From Candidatus Kapaibacterium sp. (GTDB lineage: Bacteria; Bacteroidota; Ignavibacteria; Kapaibacteriales; UBA2268), in contig DAOMQA010000003.1 in the NCBI GenBank assembly GCA_035445085.1, positions 44,368 through 108,367 on the forward strand: a stretch of 64,000 nucleotides of DNA, given 5' to 3'. Under the pieces are notes generated by a model. It did not search any database. It was not told where the DNA came from and was given only the letters and a program-made list of their open reading frames with translations. The first letter of the stretch is position 1. Every line of letters starts with the position of its first letter. Shown here piece by piece: positions 8,623-18,481 of this stretch. The translations under genes and the position numbers were made by a program.

Positions 8623-9710
8623 TTTGAATATTGTATTTGAATGATAAAATTATTTTGTTTAGCTTCAGCAAAAATGGTTTCTACTAATTTGATTTGTTGT
8701 GTTGAAAAACTATTTTCGGTAAAAAAGTTTGCAATATCTTTTTTTGTACTTGTAGAAGTTATTGCACCTTTTAATTTTGAAGAGGTTAAGTTTAGCACTG
8801 CTTCACTTTTTATTTTATTTCCATTAGCAGTAACTTCCGAAAGGTTGCAATACAAAATCAATTTCAAAAGCCCGTCTTTTATGTCGCCTTTGCTTGGCAG
8901 TAAAGCATTTTTACTGTGCTTTCCTTCTATTAAATTTACTTTGTTTGGTGTGATTTTTATTTCATCAACTGTCAAAAAATATTGCCCACCTAAATAATTG
9001 GTAATTGTAACTTTTGCTTTTGAAAGTGTAGATAAACTTTCTTTTGGTTGTTGTGTAACAAACTCTCTTGATTGTGCTTTTTGTGCTTTCTCTCTTGAAA
9101 AAGCCATAAAAAATGAAACATCTTTGCCAATTTTTTCTTTGAAGTTGTCTAACCCACTTGGATTGTGTAGTTTAACTTTTGTAGTTAATTCAATGTTGCC
9201 ATAAGAGGTTTTGACTTTATCAATAATCTTATGCAGATTTGTATTTAATTCATTCAAATTCCAATGTAAAGCCGAACTATGATATTGTTCTATTTCCTTT
9301 ATTTTGGATAATATGTATTTATTGTTAAACTCTTGATTGGTTATTTTTTCGTCCGCATTTTCTGCTTTGTCGTAATATGCAAAAATTACAAAAACATCTA
9401 ATAAAGACATTAATGAAACAGTATCCCATTGTATAAAATCTCTATCGCCTTTTGCTCCTTCGTCTTTTACAACTGGAATAACAGTAATTTTCTTTGAAAT
9501 GTGTAGAGTATTATACACTCTTTCAAAAGGATAAGAACGTGTTCTTTTTGGCGAAACCCATTTGGAAATTGCAAATGTATGTTTGTTGCTTGTTAGCAAA
9601 CAAGCCGAAGGCATTTCGTTAATATCAAAGTTTTTGATTTTAACTTCTTTCAAGTCCTCTGTGAAAAGTACTTGATATTTTATGCCTGTTATTTTGCCAA
9701 CTATGTCCAT
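8619..9710 (-). CDS. Putative type II restriction endonuclease, partner of the MTase
   Basis: ATGA overlap with the MTase; PD-(D/E)xK-like TVDEI...LIEGKH; specificity unknown. Confidence 0.65.
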   Translation of the reverse strand: MDIVGKITGIKYQVLFTEDLKEVKIKNFDINEMPSACLLTSNKHTFAISKWVSPKRTRSYPFERVYNTLHISKKITVIPVVKDEGAKGDRDFIQWDTVSLMSLLDVFVIFAYYDKAENADEKITNQEFNNKYILSKIKEIEQYHSSALHWNLNELNTNLHKIIDKVKTSYGNIELTTKVKLHNPSGLDNFKEKIGKDVSFFMAFSREKAQKAQSREFVTQQPKESLSTLSKAKVTITNYLGGQYFLTVDEIKITPNKVNLIEGKHSKNALLPSKGDIKDGLLKLILYCNLSEVTANGNKIKSEAVLNLTSSKLKGAITSTSTKKDIANFFTENSFSTQQIKLVETIFAEAKQNNFIIQIQYSK

Positions 9711-9784
9711 TCGATACGAAATATTAAATTTTGGTCAAAGCTACAAATTTATAGTTTGATTTTTTGCAGGTGTCTTTTAAGCTT

Positions 9785-9882
9785 GCACACAACGAGCCGC
9801 GTATTGCCGAAGGCGGGATTTTTAGCACTGAACTTGATACGAAGTCGTTCAGCCCGCCTATTGCCAATACGATGTTGTGTGC
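9785..9882 (-). repeat. attC-like site (98 bp)
   Basis: Perfect 9-bp terminal inverted repeat gcacacaac/gttgtgtgc; inner arms gtattgccgaaggcggg / cccgcctattgccaatac with mismatched or extrahelical bases. Confidence 0.88.
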
Positions 9883-9898
9883 TGTGCTTTCTATGTTG

Positions 9899-10465
9899 TT
9901 AGTTTGTTTCAATTTGTTTCCGTTCTTCGTCTGTCAGTTCGTAAAGGTCGTAAATTATTTGGTTTATCTTATCTTCTGTAAATGAAATTCTGTTTTCTAA
10001 TTGCTCTTTTTTGTCTGCCAAAGTTACGGTTTGAAGTTCGCCAATTAGTTTTAGAAGTAAGGAAGTTTGCTTTTTAACTTCGTTGTATTGGTCTTGTTGA
10101 TTTTGACCGATTTCGGGTATTGGCAATTTCTCCAAATAACTTCCTTTAATTTTTGGAAAGGTCTGGCGTAAATCCGAGAAATTTTCAGTCCAGTAATTGG
10201 CAATAAATTTTGAGTTTAAGACTGCTAAAAGAAATTTGATGTCAATGCTTGCTTCTGTTTTTGGTACAATCATGAAAACGGTATTCAAACAAGCATAGCC
10301 GTTTTCATTGTCAATATCCCAACCGAGAGCTTTCCAAAACGGGTCGATAAAATCCCGTCTTGTTTGCGTTTCATTATAGTCTGATTTTTTGTAAAATTCT
10401 TTTTGTTCGTCAAACCGCTGAACCAACAATTTTATTTTTTTAAGTGCTTCGTCTTTTGTTTGCAT
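9899..10465 (-). pseudogene. Internally deleted type IIG (Eco57I/TaqI-like) restriction-modification gene; N-terminus fused in frame to the C-terminal specificity region
   Basis: NETQTRRDFIDPFWKALGWDIDNENGYA is followed directly by CLNTVFMI...FLLAVLNSK...FPKIKGSYLEKLPIP...INQIIYDLYELTDEE; no nuclease or MTase catalytic motifs remain. Confidence 0.8.
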
Positions 10466-10587
10466 CCACTTTTCCAATTTAGAGCCGTAAATGTTTTATT
10501 ATCGCTTATTAGTACTTCCATTAATTCGATATAGAAGGCTAAATCTTAAAATAATTATAAGAAAAGTTAATAAACAATAATTACTTA

Positions 10588-10618
10588 TTGTTTTTTTTAG
10601 CAAAATATCATATTTTTG
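10588..10618 (+). promoter_or_regulatory. Putative Bacteroidota-type sigma70 promoter for the act operon
   Basis: TTG at 10588-10590 and TATTTTTG (TAnnTTTG) at 10611-10618, 20-nt spacer. Confidence 0.45.
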
Positions 10619-10742
10619 GAACTCTGTTAATAAGTTTTAATAATAATTGGTATATTTTATTTATATTGCCTTTTATAAATGTAGTATCAATTATTATTAT
10701 TTATATAGAATATTGTAATTTTTAATTAAAAGTAGGTTAAAT

Positions 10743-11315
10743 GTGAAAAAAACAGTACTTGATTATGCTCTGAAGGTAAAACTTCCGCTGACTGTTTTTG
10801 TGATATTAGCAACTTTTGCAGTTACATACTTTGTAGCAAAACCAGAAAGAGATGGTGTAGGCTATCAGCCTAAACAACCAATCGCTTTCTCGCATAAGTT
10901 GCATGCCGGTGATATGGCTATCGATTGCCAATATTGCCATACTAGTGTTACAAAAACAAGGCACGCAAGTATCCCTTCTGCTAATACTTGTATGAACTGC
11001 CATAGCGTAGTCCGTACAGACAAGCCCGAAATCATCAAACTTACAGAATATTACAAAAACAATCAACCAATTCCATGGGTAAGGATTCATAGAGTACCCG
11101 AATATGCTTACTTTAATCATAGTGTGCATGTTAATAATGGCATTGATTGTGAAAATTGTCACGGTAATGTTCGTAAGATGGAAGTCGTGCAACAATCTCA
11201 CTCATTTACTATGGGTGCTTGTCTCGACTGTCACCGCAACCCTCACGAGAGAATGCCTCAAATGAAAGGAGTAATTAACAAAGGTCCAACTCATTGTAAT
11301 GCATGTCACCGTTAG
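10743..11315 (+). CDS. actA: Alternative complex III pentaheme cytochrome c subunit ActA
   Basis: GTG start, N-terminal TM helix, QPIAFSHKLHAG, five CxxCH (CQYCH, CMNCH, CENCH, CLDCH, CNACH). Confidence 0.93.
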   Translation: MKKTVLDYALKVKLPLTVFVILATFAVTYFVAKPERDGVGYQPKQPIAFSHKLHAGDMAIDCQYCHTSVTKTRHASIPSANTCMNCHSVVRTDKPEIIKLTEYYKNNQPIPWVRIHRVPEYAYFNHSVHVNNGIDCENCHGNVRKMEVVQQSHSFTMGACLDCHRNPHERMPQMKGVINKGPTHCNACHR

Positions 11316-11331
11316 TAAAGGAGGAGAAAAA

Positions 11332-11538
11332 GTGAAAAATACAAACAAACAATTAGAAAACAATATGATTGATAAAAGAAGAAAATTCTTTAAACTATCT
11401 GGTATTACTGGCGGTGGTTTATTGCTTTGGAATTTCCTTCCTAAATCTATTTTTGCGAAATCTAAATCTGAAGAAAAAGGTACGAAAATGAAAGTATCCA
11501 TACATCCAAATGCAATTAGCAGAAAGGAGAAGAAATAA
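11332..11538 (+). CDS. Small basic hypothetical protein with a twin-arginine-like leader
   Basis: GTG after AGGAGG; DKRRKFFK followed by a hydrophobic stretch; stop 1 nt before the actB ATG. Confidence 0.7.
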   Translation: MKNTNKQLENNMIDKRRKFFKLSGITGGGLLLWNFLPKSIFAKSKSEEKGTKMKVSIHPNAISRKEKK

Positions 11539-11539
11539 A

Positions 11540-14500
11540 ATGGATAAGAATAAACTTTGGAGAAGTTTGAAGCAATATAACGATGACGCTTCAGCTTCTG
11601 AAAGATCTAAACATGAATTTAAAAAAGGAGTTACTGATGATTTTACTGTAGCAACTATGCCAGATAAATCAAGAAGAAACTTCATCGCTGCTATGGGAGC
11701 AACCACAGCACTACTCTCTACAGCTTGTTCCGATTATTACGACAAAGGGCAAATTATTACTTATAATAAAAAGCCAGATAGCGTAACTTATGGAAAAGCT
11801 AATTATTATGCATCTTCAATGAACAATGGCTCCGCAGTCTTAGTTAAAACTCGTGAAGGTAGACCAATCAAGATTGATGGTAATCCCGAACACCCTGTTT
11901 TCAAAGGCAAAATTGACGCTGCTGCTCAAGCTTCTATTCTTGATTTATACGATCCGGGTCGCGTTCGCTTCTCTGCCAAAAAATCAGATAGTAAGCTAGT
12001 CTTATTCAAAAACGATTTGCCGTATGTTGAATGGGAAAAATTAGATAAAGAGGTACAAGAAAAATTAAATGCTGCTAATGCGGCAGGTAAAGAAATAGCT
12101 TTAATTACGGGCAAAGTAATATCACCCACACAAAAGAAATTGTTTGATGATTTTGCGGTTAAATACCCTACTTTTAAAGTATATTCATTAGAATTACTCA
12201 ATGATATTGCAAAAAGGAAAGCTTTTCAAGCTACTTATGGTATGAATATTTTACCAGCCATTCGTTACGATAAAGCTGATGTTATAATTGCTTTAGAAAA
12301 TGATTTCTTAGGCGCTGACGGTAATACTGCCGAACAAATCAGACAGTTTACAAGTCGCCGTAATGTAGATGATCACAAGAATTTCAGCCGTTTATACGCA
12401 GTTGAAGGTGATTATAGCACAACTGGAGCTAATGCTGATTATAGACTAAAATTAAACCCAGTAAACCAAGTAGATTTTATTTTCTCATTATTAAATATAA
12501 TGGTTAATAAGAATGGGTTTGTATTGCCGACGGGCGTTGCATCTTATGTTAATTTATCAAATTATAATTTAGAGCAATTAGCTACTAAAAATAACTGGAA
12601 AAAAGAAGCAGTTGCTGAACTATTAAATGATATTGCTACCAAAAAGAATAAAGTACTATTTACAGCGGGTAATAATATGCCTTACGAGGTACATTTAGCT
12701 GTTAATTTAATAAATGCTACTTTATCAAATTGGGAGTTGTTCGATTTTGATAATGCCGATGTATTACAAATGAACTATACGTCTGTAGATGAATGGAAAA
12801 ACTTAATAGCTAATATGAATAGTGGCAAAGTAGATGTAGTTATTCATTTTGATGCGAACCCAGTATTCCATTTAGCAGAAGATTTGAAATACAAAGAAGC
12901 AGTACAAAAAATACCTTCTCTTATCTCAATGGTAGAAATGCCGAATGAATCAGTTCTAAACTCTAAATATATTATTGCAATTAACAATCAATACGAATCT
13001 TGGGGTGATTTTAAATTAAGAACTGGACTAATCAGCTTACAACAACCAATCATTGCTCCTTTGCACGATACACGTCAAAAGGAAGCGGTATTATTAAATT
13101 GGTTACAAGCTGATGTTGCTCAATTCTCGCAAGATATTTACCATAAATATTTACAAGAAAATATAAAGACGAATTTATTCCCAACTTTAAATCAAGGTTT
13201 GGATTTTAATTCGTTCTGGTTTGGCGCTTTAGAAGATGGTTTAATTATATATAAAGAACCAATAACACCTGATACTATGTTCAGGGCAGAGTCTTTTAAC
13301 GGTGCAAACTTTAAATACTCAGATGAAGGGGTAACAGTAATTCTCAAACCAGCTTTCTATCTACGTGATGGCAAACAAGCTAATAATGGTTGGCTACAAG
13401 AATTGCCTCACCCTGTTACTAAAGTAACTTGGGATAATTATGTTGCTCTATCTCCAGCAACAGCGAAAAAATATGATTTAAAATTTGCTGAAGATAATGA
13501 AGATAAAGTAACCGATATGGTTGAAGTTAATGTTCAAGGTAGAAAAATTAAATTACCAATCCTAATTCAGCCGGGTATAGTAGATAATGTTATTTCTATC
13601 GAATTAGGCTATGGCAGAACATTGATTGGCGACGTAGGCAATAATGTAGGCGCTAATGCTAATTCATTAATGTCTTCAAATGGCTCGTTTGGTGATAAAA
13701 TTTATACAAATTGCTCAATTACTAAGACAGGTGAGAAGTTTGATTTAATATCAACACAAGAACACCACGCTTTAGATGATGAATTTGTTAAGGATATGCA
13801 CCGTTCACGCCATATTATACAAGAATATACAATTCCATTTTATGCTAATTTTGAAGAAAAATACTATAAAGTAAAAGATGAGCTAAAGGAAAAGTATAAA
13901 GATGATCCTAAAAAGTTCAAAGATGAATTATCTAAAGAAAAATCACATTTATTAGGTCAGCACCATTACGAAATTAAATCTATTTATAAAAAAATAGAAT
14001 ATACTGGCGTAAAATGGGCTATGGCTATAGATATGAACAAATGTACTGGTTGTAGTATTTGCGTTGCTGCTTGTAACGTTGAAAATAATATTCCGGTCGT
14101 CGGTAAAGATCAAGTAGAACGTGGACGTGAAATGCAATGGATGCGTATTGATACATATTTTTCTGGAACTCCAGAAGAGCCTATTACATCATTACAACCT
14201 ATGCTCTGCCAACATTGCGACACTGCACCTTGCGAAAGTGTTTGCCCCGTTGCCGCTACTTCGCATAGTCCAGACGGATTAAATCAAATGACATATAATA
14301 GATGTGTTGGAACGCGTTATTGCTCTAACAACTGTCCTTACAAAGTTCGTAGATACAATTTCTTTGACTTTAGAAATGACTTTGCTGATGGATATTATAG
14401 AAAAGATACTTTAGAATTATTAAATAACCCAGAAGTTACTGTCCGCTCACGTGGTGTAATGGAAAAATGTACTTTCTGCGTTCAAAGAATTCAAGAAGCA

Positions 14501-14752
14501 CGTCAAGATGCAATTAAATTAGGTAGAGATGTACAAGGCACCGACGTGAAAACTGCATGTCAAGAAGCATGTCCTTCTTCTGCAATTTCGTTTGGTGATA
14601 TGAACGACCCTGCTTCTGACATTTCTGCTTATAGAGAACATCCATTAGCTTACTATGTATTAGAAACATTGAATACAAAACCTAACGTAACTTATATTGC
14701 AAAAGTTAAAAATATAAACGCACAAGAGGAGGCGCACTTTGAGCACCACTGA
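11540..14752 (+). CDS. actB: Alternative complex III subunit ActB (molybdopterin-oxidoreductase-like domain + Fe-S domain)
   Basis: Likely ATG at 11540; SRRNF Tat motif, [13 protein letters not shown], Fe-S motifs [51 protein letters not shown]. Confidence 0.95.
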   Translation: MDKNKLWRSLKQYNDDASASERSKHEFKKGVTDDFTVATMPDKSRRNFIAAMGATTALLSTACSDYYDKGQIITYNKKPDSVTYGKANYYASSMNNGSAVLVKTREGRPIKIDGNPEHPVFKGKIDAAAQASILDLYDPGRVRFSAKKSDSKLVLFKNDLPYVEWEKLDKEVQEKLNAANAAGKEIALITGKVISPTQKKLFDDFAVKYPTFKVYSLELLNDIAKRKAFQATYGMNILPAIRYDKADVIIALENDFLGADGNTAEQIRQFTSRRNVDDHKNFSRLYAVEGDYSTTGANADYRLKLNPVNQVDFIFSLLNIMVNKNGFVLPTGVASYVNLSNYNLEQLATKNNWKKEAVAELLNDIATKKNKVLFTAGNNMPYEVHLAVNLINATLSNWELFDFDNADVLQMNYTSVDEWKNLIANMNSGKVDVVIHFDANPVFHLAEDLKYKEAVQKIPSLISMVEMPNESVLNSKYIIAINNQYESWGDFKLRTGLISLQQPIIAPLHDTRQKEAVLLNWLQADVAQFSQDIYHKYLQENIKTNLFPTLNQGLDFNSFWFGALEDGLIIYKEPITPDTMFRAESFNGANFKYSDEGVTVILKPAFYLRDGKQANNGWLQELPHPVTKVTWDNYVALSPATAKKYDLKFAEDNEDKVTDMVEVNVQGRKIKLPILIQPGIVDNVISIELGYGRTLIGDVGNNVGANANSLMSSNGSFGDKIYTNCSITKTGEKFDLISTQEHHALDDEFVKDMHRSRHIIQEYTIPFYANFEEKYYKVKDELKEKYKDDPKKFKDELSKEKSHLLGQHHYEIKSIYKKIEYTGVKWAMAIDMNKCTGCSICVAACNVENNIPVVGKDQVERGREMQWMRIDTYFSGTPEEPITSLQPMLCQHCDTAPCESVCPVAATSHSPDGLNQMTYNRCVGTRYCSNNCPYKVRRYNFFDFRNDFADGYYRKDTLELLNNPEVTVRSRGVMEKCTFCVQRIQEARQDAIKLGRDVQGTDVKTACQEACPSSAISFGDMNDPASDISAYREHPLAYYVLETLNTKPNVTYIAKVKNINAQEEAHFEHH

Positions 14753-16139
14753 TTTGACTTATGAGCCATCTGTAATTCATGGGAAACCATCGTTAGAACA
14801 GATAGATGAATCAATTATACATCCAATGAATGTTGTTCCTAATAAGAAATTCTTCATTGCTATTAGTTTTACTCTTACTTTATTATTGATTGGTGCCACT
14901 TCCTTAGGGTACACTTTTTATCGTGGTATTGGTGTTTGGGGTAATAATAACCCAGCCGGCTGGGCTTATGGTATTGTCGATTTCGTTTTTTGGGTTGGTA
15001 TTGGGCACGCAGGAACATTGATTTCCGCGATTTTATTCTTATTCAGACAAAAATGGAGAACAGGTATTGCGCGTTTTGCGGAAGGTATGACTATATTTGC
15101 CGTTATGACTGCGGGTATTTTCCCCGCTGTGCATACGGGGCGTCCTTGGGTTGATGGTTATTTGTTCCCATACCCTAACCAACACTCACTGTGGGTGAAT
15201 TTTACCTCCCCATTGCTTTGGGACGTGTTTGCCGTTTCAACTTATTTTACTGTCTCGTTAGTGTTCTGGTATATCGGTCTTGTACCTGATTTTGCTACAA
15301 TGCGTGATAGGCTTAAAAATAATACAGGTATTGATAAAGTAAAAAAGAAAATTTATTCTGTATTAAGCTTAGGCTGGAGATTTTCTAATAGACACTGGGC
15401 TCATTATGAAATGACTTATATGGTATTAGCTGGATTAGCGACACCACTCGTACTATCTGTACATACTATCGTTTCTTTTGACTTTGCGGTTTCTATTTTG
15501 CCGGGGTGGCACGCAACAATCTTCCCACCATACTTCGTGGCAGGCGCTGTGTTCTCTGGTTTTGCTATGGTACAAAATGCACTGATCATTATTAGAAAGG
15601 TTTTTGATTTAGAATATATCATTACTCTTGATACTCTTGAAAAAATGAACAAAATTATCTTAGTAACTGGTTCGATGGTAGGATATGCTTATGCTATGGA
15701 ATTCTTTATTGCTTGGTATAGCGGTCACGAAGCAGAATCATTTACTTTCTTAAACAGAGCGTTTGGTCCTTATGCTTGGGCGTATTGGATTATGATTAGC
15801 TGTAATGTTTTATCTCCACAGTTCTTCTGGTTCAAAAAATTAAGAACAAATATTCCATTTATGTTTGTGATTGGTATTTTTGTTAATATTGGTATGTGGT
15901 TTGAAAGATTTGTAATTACTGTTACCTCTCTATCAAGAGACTTTTTGCCTTCAAGTTGGGATTATTTTACTCCAACAATAGTTGATATTGGTTTGTTGCT
16001 TGGTAGCTTTGGGTTATTCTTTACGTTGTTGTTGTTATTCACACGTACTATGCCTGTTGTTTCACTTGCTGAAGTTAAAGCGGTTGTTGATGGCGCACAG
16101 CCAACTCACCACTCTTTAGGCCATAAGGAGGAACATTAA
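14739..16139 (+). CDS. actC: Alternative complex III NrfD-like quinol-binding subunit ActC
   Basis: TTG after GAGGAGG; [50 protein letters not shown]. Confidence 0.95.
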   Translation: MSTTDLTYEPSVIHGKPSLEQIDESIIHPMNVVPNKKFFIAISFTLTLLLIGATSLGYTFYRGIGVWGNNNPAGWAYGIVDFVFWVGIGHAGTLISAILFLFRQKWRTGIARFAEGMTIFAVMTAGIFPAVHTGRPWVDGYLFPYPNQHSLWVNFTSPLLWDVFAVSTYFTVSLVFWYIGLVPDFATMRDRLKNNTGIDKVKKKIYSVLSLGWRFSNRHWAHYEMTYMVLAGLATPLVLSVHTIVSFDFAVSILPGWHATIFPPYFVAGAVFSGFAMVQNALIIIRKVFDLEYIITLDTLEKMNKIILVTGSMVGYAYAMEFFIAWYSGHEAESFTFLNRAFGPYAWAYWIMISCNVLSPQFFWFKKLRTNIPFMFVIGIFVNIGMWFERFVITVTSLSRDFLPSSWDYFTPTIVDIGLLLGSFGLFFTLLLLFTRTMPVVSLAEVKAVVDGAQPTHHSLGHKEEH

Positions 16140-17281
16140 TGGAAAATAAAATATTACATTCGGTTTCAGGTTTATTTAATACTCCTGATGAAATTATGAA
16201 AGCAGCACGTGAAGTCAATAAAGCTGGTTATACTAAGTTTGATATTCATACTCCATATCCAGTACATGGATTAGAAAAAGCAATGAAGTTGAAGCGTTCT
16301 CCCTTAGGTTTCTTTGCCTTTGGTTTAGGCGTAACGGGCGCAATTATTGCTTTGCTTATGATGTGGTGGACAATGTCTGTATCTTACCCGATGAATATTA
16401 GCGGTAAGCCCGTGTTTTCTTTACCTGCTTTTATTCCAGTAACATTTGAACTTACTGTTCTTATTGCTGCAGTAGGTACTGTAATAACAATGATTCTTTT
16501 CTTCTTCAAATTTCCTAATAATAGCCATCCACTTCACGACACTCCTTATATGAAAGCCGTGTCTGCTAATAAATATGGAATGGTTATAGAATCTGATGAT
16601 CCAAAATTTAATATCGATAATGTTAAAGCATTCTTCACTTCGATTGGTGCTTATAATGTTGAAGAAATTTATTGGGATAATGAAGAACTTAATACAAAAC
16701 ATACAATTTATGATAAGAAATTCTTATTAGGTTTAGTTACTATTGCTATTGTGGTAGCGGGTGCTACTTACTTTACTTTAAACAAATTGATGTTTATGCA
16801 ACCATTTAATTGGATGATGAATCAACAAAAATTATCAGCTCAAGCACCGACAACATTTTTTAAAGATGGTTTCTCTATGAGAGAACCTATTTTAGGTACG
16901 GTAGCTCGTGGTTTTAAGCCTTATCCTTATCCTAAGGATAGTGCAGACTTGGCAGGTAAATTCTTAGTCAATCCATTAGAAATGAATGAAGAAAATCTAA
17001 ATGCTGGTAAAGCTAAGTATAATACTTTCTGTAGTCCTTGCCATGATTATCATGGTACTGGGCAAGCTAGATTAAATGGTCAATTCCCTAATCCACCAAG
17101 TTTGCACTCTGATAGAGTTCGTGGTTGGAAAGATGGACATATATTTCATATTATAACAATGGGTCAAAATACAATGCCTGCTTATGCTAAAACTGTTGAT
17201 GAAAAAGAACGTTGGCAGATAGTGCTTTACGTAAGGGCATTAGAAAGAGCTATGAATGCTAAACCAGAGGATTTAAAATGA
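16139..17281 (+). CDS. actDE: Fused ActD (DUF3341) - ActE (monoheme cytochrome c)
   Basis: HTPYPVHGL and FIPVTFELTVL (ActD), then TM helix, MREPILGTVARG, CSPCH, TMPAY (ActE). Confidence 0.9.
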   Translation: MENKILHSVSGLFNTPDEIMKAAREVNKAGYTKFDIHTPYPVHGLEKAMKLKRSPLGFFAFGLGVTGAIIALLMMWWTMSVSYPMNISGKPVFSLPAFIPVTFELTVLIAAVGTVITMILFFFKFPNNSHPLHDTPYMKAVSANKYGMVIESDDPKFNIDNVKAFFTSIGAYNVEEIYWDNEELNTKHTIYDKKFLLGLVTIAIVVAGATYFTLNKLMFMQPFNWMMNQQKLSAQAPTTFFKDGFSMREPILGTVARGFKPYPYPKDSADLAGKFLVNPLEMNEENLNAGKAKYNTFCSPCHDYHGTGQARLNGQFPNPPSLHSDRVRGWKDGHIFHIITMGQNTMPAYAKTVDEKERWQIVLYVRALERAMNAKPEDLK

Positions 17282-18471
17282 GTTCAGATATAATTTTATA
17301 CGAAAAGAAAGAATTACCTTCTAAGGTTACAATTATTGGGGCTTTGGTTCTGATTGTTGGTATTGCTCTTAGTGCTGTATCTTTCAGTGTTGATAATTTA
17401 AGAGCATATTATAATTTAATATTAACTCTTACTTGGTTGTATAGTATTGGTCTTGGTGCAATGTTCTTGATGGCATTAGAATATGTGGTTTCTGCTGATT
17501 GGAGTGTACCTTTTAGAAGAGTAACAGAAATAGTTGCTGGATTGATTTTCGTTGTTCCAATTGTGTCGATACCTTTATTGTTAAATTTAGATACAATATT
17601 TGTATGGCTAAACCCAGAGATTTTGGGTGCTGATAAATATATAGCTGGTAAGGCCCCGTACTTAAATCAAAACTTCTTTATTATTAGAACGATTGTAGTT
17701 TTCTTAATAATGTTTTTGTTTTACTTCTTGTTGGCTGGTCGTTCTTTAAAGCAAGATAAAACTAAAAATGCATCTTTAACAAAGTTATCAGGTAGAATAT
17801 CTGCTGCATTTATGCCAATATTTGCTATTTCTATTACAGTAGTTAGTATGGATTGGCTTATGAGTTTGGAACCAAAATGGTTCTCTACAATTTTTGGCGT
17901 TTATTACTTTGCGGGTGCTGTATTGGCGGCTTTGTCTACAATTACTTTTGTTACAATTATTCTTACAGAAAAAGGCTACCTAAGCAAATACGTTACTGAA
18001 GACCATTATTATAATTTTGGTGCTTTGCTTTTCGCTTTTGTAATGTTTTGGGCTTATATTGCTTTCTCACAATTTATGTTGATTTGGTATGCTAATATCC
18101 CAGACGAAACAAGATGGTATATGAATAGAGGCGAAGACTGGTTCTATGTGTCGATTGGATTAATATTTATTAAATTCATTATTCCATATCTAATACTACT
18201 TTTCAGATCTTCTAAGAGTAATCCAAAAATATTAAAGTTTGTTTCTGTATGGATTTTCTTAGCTCATTATTACGACTTATACTGGATGATTATGCCAGAC
18301 TACACTATGAAAACTGCTTCTAATAGTCCTATTTATTCTTGGTTTGAATTGTCATCACCATTAATAGTTATTGGCTTAGTGATAGTTTCATTTATGTTGT
18401 TTGCGAAAAATAAAAATCTAATGCCAATTGGCGACCCTAAATTTAAAAAAGGTTTAGAATTTCATTTATAA
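17278..18471 (+). CDS. actF: Alternative complex III membrane subunit ActF
   Basis: WSVPFRRVTE, DWLMSLEPKWFSTIFG, FSQFMLIWYANIPDET. Confidence 0.93.
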   Translation: MSSDIILYEKKELPSKVTIIGALVLIVGIALSAVSFSVDNLRAYYNLILTLTWLYSIGLGAMFLMALEYVVSADWSVPFRRVTEIVAGLIFVVPIVSIPLLLNLDTIFVWLNPEILGADKYIAGKAPYLNQNFFIIRTIVVFLIMFLFYFLLAGRSLKQDKTKNASLTKLSGRISAAFMPIFAISITVVSMDWLMSLEPKWFSTIFGVYYFAGAVLAALSTITFVTIILTEKGYLSKYVTEDHYYNFGALLFAFVMFWAYIAFSQFMLIWYANIPDETRWYMNRGEDWFYVSIGLIFIKFIIPYLILLFRSSKSNPKILKFVSVWIFLAHYYDLYWMIMPDYTMKTASNSPIYSWFELSSPLIVIGLVIVSFMLFAKNKNLMPIGDPKFKKGLEFHL

Positions 18472-18481
18472 TTGAGGAATT

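Larger units (their letters stand above)
4397..10477 (-). mobile_element. Integrase-less integron-like gene cassette array (CALIN-like): four cassettes, five genes
   Basis: All genes are on the minus strand, opposite to the flanking host operons. Each cassette ends in an NNNNNNAAC box within about 20 bp of (or overlapping) its stop codon and is separated from the next by an att-like site ending in G(T/C)T. No recombinase gene in the window. Confidence 0.8.

Noticed and set aside
9672-9985. Three short overlapping ORFs (62-76 aa)
   Set aside because: They are translations of the 9785-9882 att site in different frames, with no protein-like features.
4397-10477. IS, transposon or prophage as the explanation for the island
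   Set aside because: No transposase, integrase or phage ORF, no terminal inverted repeats around the whole island, and no target duplication found.
11299-11331. ORF-track start for the small actA-actB ORF; likewise 11510 (actB), 20214 (ctaD), 22816 (ctaC)
   Set aside because: These starts overlap upstream genes; downstream in-frame starts, mostly with better SD motifs, were preferred.
11540-14752. ActB as a catalytic molybdoenzyme
   Set aside because: Context (actA, C, DE, F) identifies ACIII, whose B subunit has the fold but is not known to bind molybdopterin; no Mo-cofactor genes nearby.
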